Positions 54,630-64,000 of a stretch of 64,000 nucleotides of DNA are shown here, one piece after another; within the stretch, counting starts at the first letter, position 1, and every line of letters starts with the position of its first letter. The position numbers and the translations under genes are program-made. This DNA is from an uncultured Gammaproteobacteria bacterium (GTDB taxonomy: Bacteria; Patescibacteriota; Patescibacteriia; JAHIZJ01), in assembly GCA_964371245.1 (NCBI GenBank), contig CAYJKP010000001.1, positions 315,042-379,041 of the forward strand. The letters are read 5' to 3'. The notes below the pieces were generated by a model that ran no database searches, was not told where the DNA came from, and saw only the letters and a program-made list of their open reading frames with translations.

Positions 54630-55118
54630 TTGTATATAAAATACCAACTTATTTGCCAAGTAACCCAGATGGAGAGTGATAAAGCTAAAACAATACCCCT
54701 GAAATCAAAGGCCAACCGAGTTTTTGGATACATCATCAATGTCATCATCCACGCCGTCATGCTGTATGTCGCGAATAATCTGTTGAATTGGGGCGCGCAG
54801 TTTATTCTGCCGACCTGGGCAGACGTTCTTGGGGTCGTACGCTTTTCATTTATTTTAAGCATTGTGGCCTACGCGACGTTCATCATCTACGATCGTCGGG
54901 GGTATTATTACTTCCTGCGAACAGCCATGGACGCGGTCAGCATCTACGTTGGGTACCGGCTGGTGACGGTATTTCCTTTTGACTTCTATGGATTTTATCA
55001 TCAAGGCTGGCTGAATGATGTCTTCCCATACGTGTTATGGTTCGGGATTGCCGCGTTAGTAATTTCAATCATTGTCCGAACAGTGAGATTAGTGGCAAAT
55101 AAGAATCTATATTATTAA
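54630..55118 (+). CDS. hypothetical membrane protein (alternative start 54669)
   Basis: hydrophobic ORF. Confidence 0.45.
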   Translation: MYIKYQLICQVTQMESDKAKTIPLKSKANRVFGYIINVIIHAVMLYVANNLLNWGAQFILPTWADVLGVVRFSFILSIVAYATFIIYDRRGYYYFLRTAMDAVSIYVGYRLVTVFPFDFYGFYHQGWLNDVFPYVLWFGIAALVISIIVRTVRLVANKNLYY

Positions 55119-55190
55119 GCGCGCCAATTCCGTAGAGCGACTTGATTCGAGCGCGATGAACGAGTAAACGGGGGAGTAACCCGTCACTCG

Positions 55191-55220
55191 TTGTATTTTT
55201 TCCTCCGTTGGTGCTATACT
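55191..55220 (+). promoter_or_regulatory. cop operon promoter (TTGTAT-18-TATACT)
   Basis: -10 TATACT at 55215-55220, immediately 5' of a CsoR-type operator. Confidence 0.45.
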
Positions 55221-55224
55221 GCTA

Positions 55225-55249
55225 ATACCCCTACCTGGGGTGGGGGTGT
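55225..55249 (+). promoter_or_regulatory. CsoR-type operator (G/C-tract pseudo-palindrome ATACCCCTACCTGGGGTGGGGGTGT)
   Basis: matches the ATACCC...GGGGTAT-like architecture of known CsoR operators and overlaps the promoter upstream of csoR. Confidence 0.6.
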
Positions 55250-55263
55250 GGATAAGTTTACCA

Positions 55264-55339
55264 ATTCAAAATTCAGAATTAAGAAGGAAGAATGTCGGTT
55301 GTCCCGTTACGGGACCACAATAATTATTACTTCTGAATT
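55264..55339 (+). repeat. AATTCAAAATT-arm hairpin element, copy D (arms AATTCAAAATTCAGAATT / CTTCTGAATT; core GTCCCG-tta-CGGGAC), inside the csoR leader
   Basis: same architecture as copies A, B and C; AAGAATGTCGGTT precedes the hairpin as in B. Confidence 0.65.
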
Positions 55340-55359
55340 ATTAATTTTTCATTGTCCCT

Positions 55360-55635
55360 ATGACCCCTCAGCACAAAAACAAGGCTTTGGTAAATTTCAA
55401 AAAAGCCCAGAGTCTCCTGGGAAAGATGGTCAGGATGTTGGAAGAAGGCAAATATTGCATTGACGTCATGCAACAGAACCTGGCCGCGATTGGACTCTTA
55501 AAATCCGCCCACCAGACGCTTATGGAAGGGCATTTGAATTCGTGTTTCAAGGGCGCGATGAACACGAAGAATGAAAAGCGCAAACAGGAAATGACCGAGG
55601 AAATACTGACGGTCACGCACCTTTTTAACAAATAA
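55360..55635 (+). CDS. csoR: CsoR/RcnR-family metal-sensing transcriptional repressor
   Basis: 91 aa; ...YCIDVMQQ...H...H... DUF156 pattern (Cys, His, Cys ligands); upstream of HMA and copA genes. Confidence 0.8.
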   Translation: MTPQHKNKALVNFKKAQSLLGKMVRMLEEGKYCIDVMQQNLAAIGLLKSAHQTLMEGHLNSCFKGAMNTKNEKRKQEMTEEILTVTHLFNK

Positions 55636-55646
55636 AATAGTCATCC

Positions 55647-57035
55647 ATGTATCAAAAGCGTTGCTATACCGTCAAAGGCATGCATTGCGCGTCCTGCGAG
55701 GTGTTAATAGAGAAAAATCTCGTGAAAATCCCCGGCGTCATGTCAGCTGACGCTTCAATGAAAAAGGGCCAGGTAACGATCGAATTTGACGGCAATCCGC
55801 CGGACGCGAAACGTTTGAGCGAATCGATCGCTGAACACGGCTACAAAGTTCTTGATAATGGTGTAGCAGCCGTTGATGATGAGCCGGTCCCTAGCAGTCT
55901 ACTGAAAACGTTGCTTATTGCCAGCCTAGTGATGGCGGTGTTTTATTTCCTCTATCGTTCCGGCCTCAGCTCGGTTTTATCGGTCAATAATAATTCCGCT
56001 TTGCCCGCGTTTGCCGTCTTCGGCGTATTGGCCGGCTTTTCTTCGTGCGCCGCGCTTGTCGGCGGGATCATCCTGGCCATGTCAAAACAATGGCTTGGCT
56101 TGTACGCGCCAGAAGCCACCACTCGGCAGAAACTCCAGCCGCACGTGATGTTTAATATCGGCCGGTTGGTCTCATACGCCATTTTTGGCGCCCTGCTCGG
56201 CGTCGTGGGCAGCGTTTTTAAACCATCCCTAACCCTGACGACGTTGCTGACGTTGGTGGTGGCGATTTTTATGGTCATACTCGGTTTGCAAATGCTGGGC
56301 GTCCGTTCGTTGCGCAATTTCCAGTTTCGCTTGCCGAAGTCTTTGACTGGCCGGGTGGCTGACGAAACGAGGTTCAAAGGTAGATACATGCCGTTGGTGA
56401 TGGGCGCTCTGACGTTTTTTCTGCCCTGCGGTTTTACGATCACTGCCCAAAGCCTGGCGTTGCTGTCCGGCAGCGCGATCCGCGGCGGATTAATCATGCT
56501 GTTTTTCGCGCTGGGGACGCTGCCCGCGCTTATGGCGATCGGATATTCCAGCGTGGCATTAACGCGCCAAAAACAACGAGCCGGTATTTTCTTGCGGGTC
56601 GCCGGGATCGTGGTTTTATTCTTCGCGCTGTTCAACATCAACTGGCAATTCAATCTGCTCGGCTGGCCGAGTCTCAGCGACATTTCGTTGAAAAGCAACG
56701 CCGCCGTGACCAAACAATCGGATCAAAAGAACGACGAACAATTGCCGCCGATTGTTGGCGGTAAGCAGATCGTGAAAATGGATGTCACCTCATCGAAATA
56801 CTCACCGGATCGGCTCGTTGCTCGAGCCGGCACGCCGGTCCAGTGGGAAATAACGGACGCCGGAATGAGCGGATGTTCAAGCACGCTGGTGGCCAAAGAC
56901 TTTTTTAGCGGCGTGGCCCAATTAACTCAGAATGGGACAAAAGTGATTGAATTTACCCCGACAAAACCAGGCACGTATAAATTCAGCTGCGGCATGGGCA
57001 TGGTCAGGGGCACATTTGTCATCGTTGGAAGTTAA
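55647..57035 (+). CDS. HMA (copper chaperone-like) domain fused to a polytopic membrane domain and a C-terminal cupredoxin-like domain
   Basis: [12 protein letters not shown] metal-binding motif; 6-8 TM helices with FLPCGFT; C-terminal beta-rich ...[12 protein letters not shown] segment. Confidence 0.6.
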   Translation: MYQKRCYTVKGMHCASCEVLIEKNLVKIPGVMSADASMKKGQVTIEFDGNPPDAKRLSESIAEHGYKVLDNGVAAVDDEPVPSSLLKTLLIASLVMAVFYFLYRSGLSSVLSVNNNSALPAFAVFGVLAGFSSCAALVGGIILAMSKQWLGLYAPEATTRQKLQPHVMFNIGRLVSYAIFGALLGVVGSVFKPSLTLTTLLTLVVAIFMVILGLQMLGVRSLRNFQFRLPKSLTGRVADETRFKGRYMPLVMGALTFFLPCGFTITAQSLALLSGSAIRGGLIMLFFALGTLPALMAIGYSSVALTRQKQRAGIFLRVAGIVVLFFALFNINWQFNLLGWPSLSDISLKSNAAVTKQSDQKNDEQLPPIVGGKQIVKMDVTSSKYSPDRLVARAGTPVQWEITDAGMSGCSSTLVAKDFFSGVAQLTQNGTKVIEFTPTKPGTYKFSCGMGMVRGTFVIVGS

Positions 57036-57043
57036 AAAAATAT

Positions 57044-59293
57044 ATGCCAAATACTCCTTCATCAAAAACAATCCTCTCGATATCAGGCATGCATTGCGCG
57101 TCGTGCGCCGTAAATATTGAGGCGGCAGTAAAAAAACTGGTCGGCGTTCGTTCGGTGACGGTTAATTATGCCAATGAGAAGGCCTATCTCGATCTGGAAA
57201 ACGCGGCCACGTCGCTTCCGAGGGTTAAACACGCTATTCATGATTTGGGATACAAGGCGATGGAGCACGACGATACCTCACCGGAACACGATCACGCGCA
57301 TCATGCTGCACTCAAGGCTGGCGAAACGCGGCAAATGCGACGCCGGTTTTGGACCGCACTGCTTCTCGGCTTGCCAATTATCTATGTTTCAATGGGCGGC
57401 ATGATTGGACTGCCGATGCCGCCGATTTCCGAACGATTGAATGCGGCAATCCAAGCGGTGTTGGCAGCTGGCGTGATAAGCGCCGGATTTTTCCTGTGGC
57501 GTTCCGGCGCTCGCGGCCTGATCAAATTGCGGCCGAACATGGATTCGCTCGTCTTTATCGGCACGGCGGCGGCGTATCTCTACAGCCTCGTCGTTTTGAT
57601 TCGCGCCCTGGCGTCGCGGCAGGAAACGATCGGTTCGCTCTATTTTGAAAGCGCGATTTTCATATTTATTTTCATCCTGCTCGGGAAATACCTGGAGGCG
57701 ATAACCAAAGGGCGGACGAGCGAAGCGATTCACAAACTGGCCGGTTTGGGGGCAAAAGAAGCGACGCTCATCCGTGACGGCAAGGAAATCAAGGTGCCGA
57801 TTGATCACGTTATCGTCGGAGATTTTATCCGCGTTAAACCGGGTGAAAAAATTCCCGTTGACGGGATTATCACCGATGGGTATTCGGCGATTGATGAACA
57901 GGCCATTACCGGTGAAAGCATTCCGGTCGAAAAGAAGGCGGGGGATCCAGTCATCGGCGCAACAATGAATAAAACCGGAAGTTTTGTTTTTCGAGCCACC
58001 AAGGTGGGCCAGGACACTCTGTTGGCGCAGATTGTTAAAGTTGTTGAGGCGGCCATGGGCTCGAAGGCGCCGATCCAATTGCTGGCGGACACGGTCTCGC
58101 TCTATTTTGTACCCGCCGTTATTGGCATTGCTACAATTGCCTTGGTCGTCTGGCTGCTCTCGGGATTTACCTTCACCTTTGCATTGACCGTATTCGTCGC
58201 CGTGTTGATCATTGCCTGTCCGTGCGCGCTCGGTTTGGCCACGCCGACGGCGGTGATGATGGGCTCGGGTATTGCGGCGCGGAAAGGCATCCTGATAAAA
58301 AACGGCAAGGCCCTGGAAATCGCGCGGAAAATAACCCTCGTCGTCTTTGATAAAACTGGCACGCTCACGCAGGGCGAGCCGGTGGTAACCGATGTGCGAG
58401 CGTTTGATCTGGCGATGAACGAAGATGGTGTCTTGGCGCTGGCCGCATCCGTAGAGAAGCAATCAGAGCATCCGCTCGCGCAGGCGATTATCCGTCAAGC
58501 AGAGCAAAAAAATATCCCATTGCCGCCGACGTCAAAATTCCGCGCTGAACCGGGACGAGGCGTTGTCGCTGAGCTTGAAGGTAGTACTGTACTGATTGGT
58601 ACCCGGAAACTGATGAACGAATTTGGTGTGTCATTACCAGCTGGTGCGCTCGATCAAGTCGATGTATTTGAGCGAAACGGAAAAACGGTTATGTTGGTTG
58701 GCCGGACAAAAACGCTCGTCGGTTGTATTGCCGTGGCTGATGTCGCGAAGAAGCATTCTCGCGTTGCCGTCGAAACGCTGCATCGGCTCGGGAAAAAGGT
58801 TGCCATGATTACCGGCGACAACAAGCGCGTTGGCGAGGCGGTAGCCGGTCAATTGGGCATTGATCGCGTGCTGGCCGAGGTATTGCCTCAAGAAAAGGCC
58901 GCCGAGATTAAAAAGCTCCAGTCGAGCGGGGAGCTCGTCGCGATGGTGGGCGATGGCATCAATGATGCGCCCGCGCTCGCTCAAGCGGATTTGGGAATCG
59001 CCCTTGGCTCCGGGACTGATATTGCCATGGAGACCGGCGACGTCGTGCTGATAAAAAACGATCTGCGCGACGTTGTTTCCGCCATCCGTATCAGTCGGTT
59101 TACCCTGCGGAAAATAAAACAAAATCTTTTTTGGGCTTTTGTCTATAATATTATTGGAATTCCTGTTGCCGCGGGTATATTTTATCCGATCACTGGCTGG
59201 CTGCTCAGTCCGGCCATCGCGGCGGCTGCCATGGCGTTTTCCTCGGTGAGCGTGGTGCTGAATTCGCTTCTCATGAAGCGTTCACAGGCCTAG
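57044..59293 (+). CDS. copA: copper-translocating P1B-type ATPase
   Basis: GMHCASC HMA domain, CPC in [26 protein letters not shown]. Confidence 0.9.
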   Translation: MPNTPSSKTILSISGMHCASCAVNIEAAVKKLVGVRSVTVNYANEKAYLDLENAATSLPRVKHAIHDLGYKAMEHDDTSPEHDHAHHAALKAGETRQMRRRFWTALLLGLPIIYVSMGGMIGLPMPPISERLNAAIQAVLAAGVISAGFFLWRSGARGLIKLRPNMDSLVFIGTAAAYLYSLVVLIRALASRQETIGSLYFESAIFIFIFILLGKYLEAITKGRTSEAIHKLAGLGAKEATLIRDGKEIKVPIDHVIVGDFIRVKPGEKIPVDGIITDGYSAIDEQAITGESIPVEKKAGDPVIGATMNKTGSFVFRATKVGQDTLLAQIVKVVEAAMGSKAPIQLLADTVSLYFVPAVIGIATIALVVWLLSGFTFTFALTVFVAVLIIACPCALGLATPTAVMMGSGIAARKGILIKNGKALEIARKITLVVFDKTGTLTQGEPVVTDVRAFDLAMNEDGVLALAASVEKQSEHPLAQAIIRQAEQKNIPLPPTSKFRAEPGRGVVAELEGSTVLIGTRKLMNEFGVSLPAGALDQVDVFERNGKTVMLVGRTKTLVGCIAVADVAKKHSRVAVETLHRLGKKVAMITGDNKRVGEAVAGQLGIDRVLAEVLPQEKAAEIKKLQSSGELVAMVGDGINDAPALAQADLGIALGSGTDIAMETGDVVLIKNDLRDVVSAIRISRFTLRKIKQNLFWAFVYNIIGIPVAAGIFYPITGWLLSPAIAAAAMAFSSVSVVLNSLLMKRSQA

Positions 59294-59389
59294 TGTAAAC
59301 ACATTGTCTTGCCCCGGTGTTTGATGTATGCTTAAGGCGGATAAGCTCCGATTTTCATTAAATATCGAAAAAGAAGGGGGGTGAGAAAG

Positions 59390-59632
59390 ATGAAAAGGAA
59401 TCTTCTTGATTGGGTCGCGTTTATTCTGATCATTATTGGCGGGTTAAATTGGGGGTTAGTCGGTATCTTCGACTACAATCTCGTGGCGAAGATCTTCGGT
59501 GACACCTCTGTCATTACGAAAATCGTTTACATTCTCGTAGCCGTTTCGGCTCTCTACGCCCTGCTCACCATGGGAAAGAAACCAAAGTCTGAAACAGCGG
59601 CCCCGCCAACGCAACCTTCTACGCCAGCGTAG
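59390..59632 (+). CDS. DUF378-family small membrane protein
   Basis: GGLNWGLVG motif; GAAGGGGGG RBS 8 nt upstream of ATG 59390. Confidence 0.6.
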   Translation: MKRNLLDWVAFILIIIGGLNWGLVGIFDYNLVAKIFGDTSVITKIVYILVAVSALYALLTMGKKPKSETAAPPTQPSTPA

Positions 59633-59657
59633 GCAAAAGAGTTTTATATTTACGAAT

Positions 59658-61073
59658 ATGGGAAAAAAGCTCATTGTTTTGGTCGTATTTTGTCTTGGCC
59701 TATTCAGTGTCACCGGCCATGAGGTTAGGGCAGAAAACTTTCGCCAACCCGAAATAAAAATATACGACGCCAAGAAGCTGACACTTGAAAAGTCCTGGCT
59801 GGCATTCGACGCCGGCTTTAAGGGCGGCGCTTCAGTTGCCGCCGGCGATGTGAACGGCGACGGGAAGGATGAAATAATCGTCGGTGCTGGTCCAGGCGGC
59901 GGTCCACAGGTCCGGATTTTTAAAAGCAATGGTTCGCTTCTATCGCAATTTTTCGTTTATCCTGAAAATTTCCGCGGTGGCGTGAAAGTAGCCAGCTGCG
60001 ATTTTGATAACGACGGAAAGGACGAAATCGTTACTGGTCCAGGTCCTGGCGGCGGTCCGCAGGTCCGGATCATGACCTCCAAAGGTATTGCCAAAATAAC
60101 GCCCGGCTTTTTTCCGTTCGATCCGAATTATAAGGGCGGCATCAACGTTGCCTGTGGCGATGTCGACGGTGATAAGAAAATCGAAGTTGTCATCGGCGTC
60201 GGCGTCGCTGCCGAACCGCATGTCCGCGTCTTCACGCCAAGGGGTGTCGCTGATGGAATCGAGATCTATCCGTATGCTAAGCGCGACAAGGGCGGTGTGG
60301 CCGTGGCCGTCGCCAATGTCGACGGCGGGCCGGCGGCCGAAATCGTGACCTCGATCTATCGATTTGGTCGCTCGCTCGTTAAGACATATCGCGCCGACGC
60401 ACAACGCTCTATCGTGGCGCAGTTTGAGGGTTGGCCTGAGCAGGTGCAGAGCGGTTTTCAGGTAGCGGGCGGCGATGTGGACGGTGACGGCCTCGATGAG
60501 ATACTCGTTTCCGTCGCAGCCGGCGGCGGACCGCATGTCCGCGCGTTTGAGGCTTACGGGAAGCCATTGCCGCAAAACTTCTTTCCATATGAAAGTAATT
60601 TTACTGGCGGGACGATAACAACAATCGGTGATGTCGATGGTGATGCACGGCAGGAGATCGTAACCGTTCCTGGCCGCAACACCATTCAAGGCCGGACGGA
60701 TTATTATAAATATATTGAGGTTCGGCTCGATGAACAGCGTCTGTATGCGTATGAAAATGGTATGTTGGCGAAAACCTTCCTTGTTTCAACCGGAATAAAT
60801 AAGTATCCGACGCCGCCCGGGAATTATTCTGTATTAGCCAAGATACCAAGAAAGGATTATGAGTGGTCATACGGCCCGAACCACCCGGACAATTACGATA
60901 TAAAAGACGTTGATTTTAATTTACGGTTTTTTAACGGTTATTATCTACACTACGCGTTTTGGCATCATAATTTCGGCCATAAGATGAGCCACGGCTGCGT
61001 GAATATCGACCGACCGAATTCCGAGTGGGTCTATAATTGGGCTGAGGTGGGCACGCCGGTACTTGTCCGTTAG
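59658..61073 (+). CDS. secreted FG-GAP/VCBS-like repeat beta-propeller fused to an L,D-transpeptidase (YkuD) catalytic domain
   Basis: signal peptide; about 6 repeats of GDVNGDGKDEI..G.GPGGGPQVR; C-terminal LDT motif H...SHGCVN. Confidence 0.75.
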   Translation: MGKKLIVLVVFCLGLFSVTGHEVRAENFRQPEIKIYDAKKLTLEKSWLAFDAGFKGGASVAAGDVNGDGKDEIIVGAGPGGGPQVRIFKSNGSLLSQFFVYPENFRGGVKVASCDFDNDGKDEIVTGPGPGGGPQVRIMTSKGIAKITPGFFPFDPNYKGGINVACGDVDGDKKIEVVIGVGVAAEPHVRVFTPRGVADGIEIYPYAKRDKGGVAVAVANVDGGPAAEIVTSIYRFGRSLVKTYRADAQRSIVAQFEGWPEQVQSGFQVAGGDVDGDGLDEILVSVAAGGGPHVRAFEAYGKPLPQNFFPYESNFTGGTITTIGDVDGDARQEIVTVPGRNTIQGRTDYYKYIEVRLDEQRLYAYENGMLAKTFLVSTGINKYPTPPGNYSVLAKIPRKDYEWSYGPNHPDNYDIKDVDFNLRFFNGYYLHYAFWHHNFGHKMSHGCVNIDRPNSEWVYNWAEVGTPVLVR

Positions 61074-61157
61074 CGCGGTTACTGCAATATATTTCGACAA
61101 TGGCGAAAACGCGGCCATTGCTGATTTATTTGTCTTTGGGTACACTGCAGGAAGCAT

Positions 61158-62000
61158 ATGAGCAATACATCTCCGCTGAAATTCCGCAAACGACTACGGC
61201 AGTGGCGCCGATTCTGGAAACGTGACGCGGTTATTTGTATTGTCGTTGGCTTGGCCGCTTTTTGGTATGTGGGGGAGCGCGAGAAGGCGACATTGCCATC
61301 ACAACCAGCTATTCAGGCTCGCGAGGTTGTCGAGTCGGCTGCCGTGGTGCCAAACGATCCTGGCAATACCGCTATCGTCGCTCGCGTTATCGATGGCGAT
61401 ACGATCGAATTAGACACCGGCGAGAAGGTTCGATATATCGGCGTTGATACCCCCGAGCGTACCCACAAACCGCCGGACTGTTACGCTCAAGAAGCAACCG
61501 AAAAGAATAGATCACTGGTCGAAGGCAAGACGGTTCGTTTAGTTCAAGACGTTAGAAATACGGACCGCTACGGACGCCTCCTTCGATTTGTCTATGTCAA
61601 TGATGTCTTTGTAAATCACGTATTGGTTGCTGAGGGTTTTGCCCGTGCGTTTGCCGTGCCGCCGGACATTTCCCGCGAAGAGGATTTTTTCTTGACCGAG
61701 CAGACAGCCCGGTCCGAGCAACGCGGACTTTGGGGCGATTGCGATTCAGACCGCCTCAGTATTTGGGAGCAGACAACGGGCGAGCGAGCAGAGACGGCTG
61801 AATTTCAGGCGACCAACAGCCAGCCCGTGCTCGAAGATTCACCCGAATGTTATTGCGAGGAAAACATGTACGACTGCAAAGATTTCTCGAGCCAAGCCGA
61901 GGCGCAGGCCTTGTATGATTGCTGCCGTGAAAAAACTGGCCGCGACGTTCACCTCATCGACGGCGATAACAATAGCCATGCCTGCGAGCGGATAAAATAG
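61158..62000 (+). CDS. membrane-anchored thermonuclease (SNase-like) with C-terminal Excalibur Ca-binding domain
   Basis: DGDTIEL...RYIGVDTPE...DRYGRLL...NHVLVAEGFA SNase blocks; C-terminal Cys-rich DxDxDG...CE Excalibur-like motif. Confidence 0.75.
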   Translation: MSNTSPLKFRKRLRQWRRFWKRDAVICIVVGLAAFWYVGEREKATLPSQPAIQAREVVESAAVVPNDPGNTAIVARVIDGDTIELDTGEKVRYIGVDTPERTHKPPDCYAQEATEKNRSLVEGKTVRLVQDVRNTDRYGRLLRFVYVNDVFVNHVLVAEGFARAFAVPPDISREEDFFLTEQTARSEQRGLWGDCDSDRLSIWEQTTGERAETAEFQATNSQPVLEDSPECYCEENMYDCKDFSSQAEAQALYDCCREKTGRDVHLIDGDNNSHACERIK

Positions 62001-62057
62001 ATTCGACGCAATCACAGGATAATTGTTTTTTTACCAGTCATACGGTACAATGGTACT

Positions 62058-62906
62058 ATGAAGATCCAAAAAGCGGCCGGTCATTATCAACCGTTTGACC
62101 GGGACAAATTTGTTTCCTCGCTATTGAAGTCTGGCGTGCCGAAGCGTTTTGTTTTGCATCTCAGCCGGCAAGCCGAACGGCTAGAACCGAAATTTAGAAA
62201 TACGAATCAACTGTTTGATTTTGCGCATCAGGAATTGGCCCAGAAGGATCGGCGGTCGGCGATGCGCTACAGCCTGAAACGGGCGGTGTTCGAGCTCGGA
62301 CCGACCGGTTTTCCGTTTGAACAATACGTCGCGCGCCTGCTTGATCGCCTTGGCTATCGTACTCAAACAAACGTCTTCATACGCGGATACTGCGTTTCCC
62401 ACGAGGTCGACATCTTGGCTTGGAAGGGCAAGAAGACGCACCTCATTGAATGTAAATTTCATTCCTATCGGGGTATAAAAACGAACGTGAAAGTCGTCCT
62501 CTACGTAAAAGCCCGTGTTGAGGACATTGATCGCGCGCTGGTTGCCGGTGCGGACACTGATCGGCAAGCCCAGCCCCAGAAAATAGATCAGGCGTGGTTG
62601 ATTACGAATACGAAACACACCATCGAGGCAGAAAAATACGCCCGGTGTGCTGGCATTCATCTAGTCAGCTGGGGGTATCCCGTGGGCGCCGGTCTCGAAA
62701 GTTTGATTGAAAAGACGCGCCTGTATCCCGTGACGGCGCTGCTCCATCTCGATCGGGCGTTTAAAAAACGCCTGGTTAGTCTCGGTTTAGTGACGGCCGA
62801 GGACGTTGTTAATTTTTCACAATGGAATAAGGTGACGCCGTCGGAGAAAAATCGTATTCGTGAATTACAAAAAGATGGGCGCCTCTTACTGCGTAACAAT
62901 GAATAA
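62058..62906 (+). CDS. ATP-cone domain fused to Mrr-cat-like restriction endonuclease fold
   Basis: N-terminal ATP-cone-like KIQKAAGHYQPFDRDKF; HEVDILAW...THLIECKF (D-x-EcK) PD-(D/E)xK core. Confidence 0.55.
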   Translation: MKIQKAAGHYQPFDRDKFVSSLLKSGVPKRFVLHLSRQAERLEPKFRNTNQLFDFAHQELAQKDRRSAMRYSLKRAVFELGPTGFPFEQYVARLLDRLGYRTQTNVFIRGYCVSHEVDILAWKGKKTHLIECKFHSYRGIKTNVKVVLYVKARVEDIDRALVAGADTDRQAQPQKIDQAWLITNTKHTIEAEKYARCAGIHLVSWGYPVGAGLESLIEKTRLYPVTALLHLDRAFKKRLVSLGLVTAEDVVNFSQWNKVTPSEKNRIRELQKDGRLLLRNNE

Positions 62907-63975
62907 TTTCGAACTGGAATTACAACGTACGAAAAAGTTGGTCGAGCAAAGACTGAAACGCTTTTTTAATTCCGAAAAATCGAAAACGAAAAAAATCGCT
63001 CCCTTTCTCAGCGAACTCCTCGGTCGGGTTGAGGAGTTCACCTTACGCGGCTCAAGCAAACGGCTGCGGGCCTGCCTGGTTTATATTGGGTATCAGGCGG
63101 TCCGTTCACAGCCGCCCCGCGCCATTGATGATGTAGCGGCGGCCATTGAGCTGATCCATAGCCACCTGTTGATTCACGATGATATTATTGACGACGACGA
63201 GTGGCGCCGCGGCGGCATGACCGTGCACGCGTATTTTGAAAAATACCGGCGCCAAAAGTTCGCTCGCGAAGAAACGAAACGCTTTGGCATCGCTCAAGCC
63301 ATCCTGGCCGGCGATATAAGCTGTTCCCTGGCTGGTCTCATTATCGCCGGATCACAATTATTGCCGTCGCAGAAAGTTATGGCGCTCGAACGGATAAATA
63401 GAATTTTATTGGAAACGGATTATGGGCAAGCGCTTGACGTTTTTCAAGGCGCGAAGAAATCAATTCGTATTGAGGAAGCCCTGCTCATGTACCGATACAA
63501 AACGGCGAAGTATTCATTTGAAGCGCCGTTGCAACTTGGGGCGAGCATCGCCGGCGCTAAACCAGGGCAATTATCAATTCTGAGCCGGTACTCAATTGCG
63601 GCCGGCCAGGCGTATCAGATACAAGATGATATCCTCGGCGTTTTCGGGACGCGGAAGCAGATCGGCAAACCGGTAGATTCTGACATCCGAGAAGGGAAGA
63701 AGACGGTCCTTTTCATTGAAGCCCTGAAACGGTTGCCGGCTGGCGAGCGGACATGGCTGCGAAATCATTATGGTAAATCGCAAATTCCGGCCGGCCAGGT
63801 CTGGGGCATCCGCCATCTTTTTGAAAAATCGGGAGCGCGAGATTATTGCCAAAAAAAATCGAAATATTATCTAACGTTAGCGAATCAGGCTGTACAGAGC
63901 TCTAGACAAATATCAGCCAAAAGTGCTACACTGCTCTTGCAGCTGTCGAATTATCTGGCAACGAGAAGCAGCTGA
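62899..63975 (+). CDS. polyprenyl diphosphate synthase (trans-isoprenyl diphosphate synthase)
   Basis: first DDxxD (LIHDDIIDDDEWRRG) and second DDxxD (YQIQDDILGVFG); start at inner ATG overlapping the upstream gene. Confidence 0.85.
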   Translation: MNNFELELQRTKKLVEQRLKRFFNSEKSKTKKIAPFLSELLGRVEEFTLRGSSKRLRACLVYIGYQAVRSQPPRAIDDVAAAIELIHSHLLIHDDIIDDDEWRRGGMTVHAYFEKYRRQKFAREETKRFGIAQAILAGDISCSLAGLIIAGSQLLPSQKVMALERINRILLETDYGQALDVFQGAKKSIRIEEALLMYRYKTAKYSFEAPLQLGASIAGAKPGQLSILSRYSIAAGQAYQIQDDILGVFGTRKQIGKPVDSDIREGKKTVLFIEALKRLPAGERTWLRNHYGKSQIPAGQVWGIRHLFEKSGARDYCQKKSKYYLTLANQAVQSSRQISAKSATLLLQLSNYLATRSS

Positions 63976-64000
63976 AGCCGTATGAACACATCAACGATTC

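Noticed and set aside
55952-58462. Minus-strand ORFs 55952..56713 and 57389..58462 inside the copper operon genes
   Set aside because: They are antisense to conserved HMA-membrane and CopA coding regions, have low-complexity Arg-rich products and are spurious.

Overview
This 64-kb window is a compositionally mosaic bacterial contig with roughly 85 protein genes, three intact tRNAs and no rRNA. The lineage is uncertain: peptidoglycan genes, an L,D-transpeptidase, CapA and a heliorhodopsin suggest a monoderm-like, possibly uncultivated CPR-like organism. The recognisable backbone is cell-wall genes (PBP transpeptidase, murF), ssb, a ribosomal-protein/rpoA cluster (infA-rpmJ-rpsM-rpsK-rpsD-rpoA-rplQ-rplM-rpsI), a flippase plus two glycosyltransferases, tRNA-Thr-rpmG-tRNA-Trp, a two-component system, typA, truB, HU, three ABC-2 exporter pairs and a csoR-copZ-like-copA copper operon. 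Between these sit several foreign-looking segments: very low-GC islands at 7.8-12.4 kb, 29.8-30.5 kb, 50.6-51.3 kb and 53.9-55.1 kb, and single-gene high-GC islets, each with a strong GGAGG ribosome-binding site and its own terminator. The two findings I rate highest are (1) a family of four about 80-nt elements built from conserved AATTCAAAATT-type inverted arms around a GC hairpin whose stem differs, with compensatory changes, in every copy, and (2) a heliorhodopsin gene flanked by two of these elements and followed by two paralogous membrane-anchored proteins that share an N-terminal METPxEQKPV motif. Other points of interest are an rpoA with no alpha-CTD but a C-terminal AT-hook, a disrupted tRNA-Trp neighbourhood, tandem-repeat and Asn-rich low-complexity proteins, a split ferritin-like gene pair, and long structured noncoding leaders at about 42.9-43.6 kb and 37.3-37.5 kb. 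All calls rest on reading the sequence and on remembered family motifs; no searches were run.
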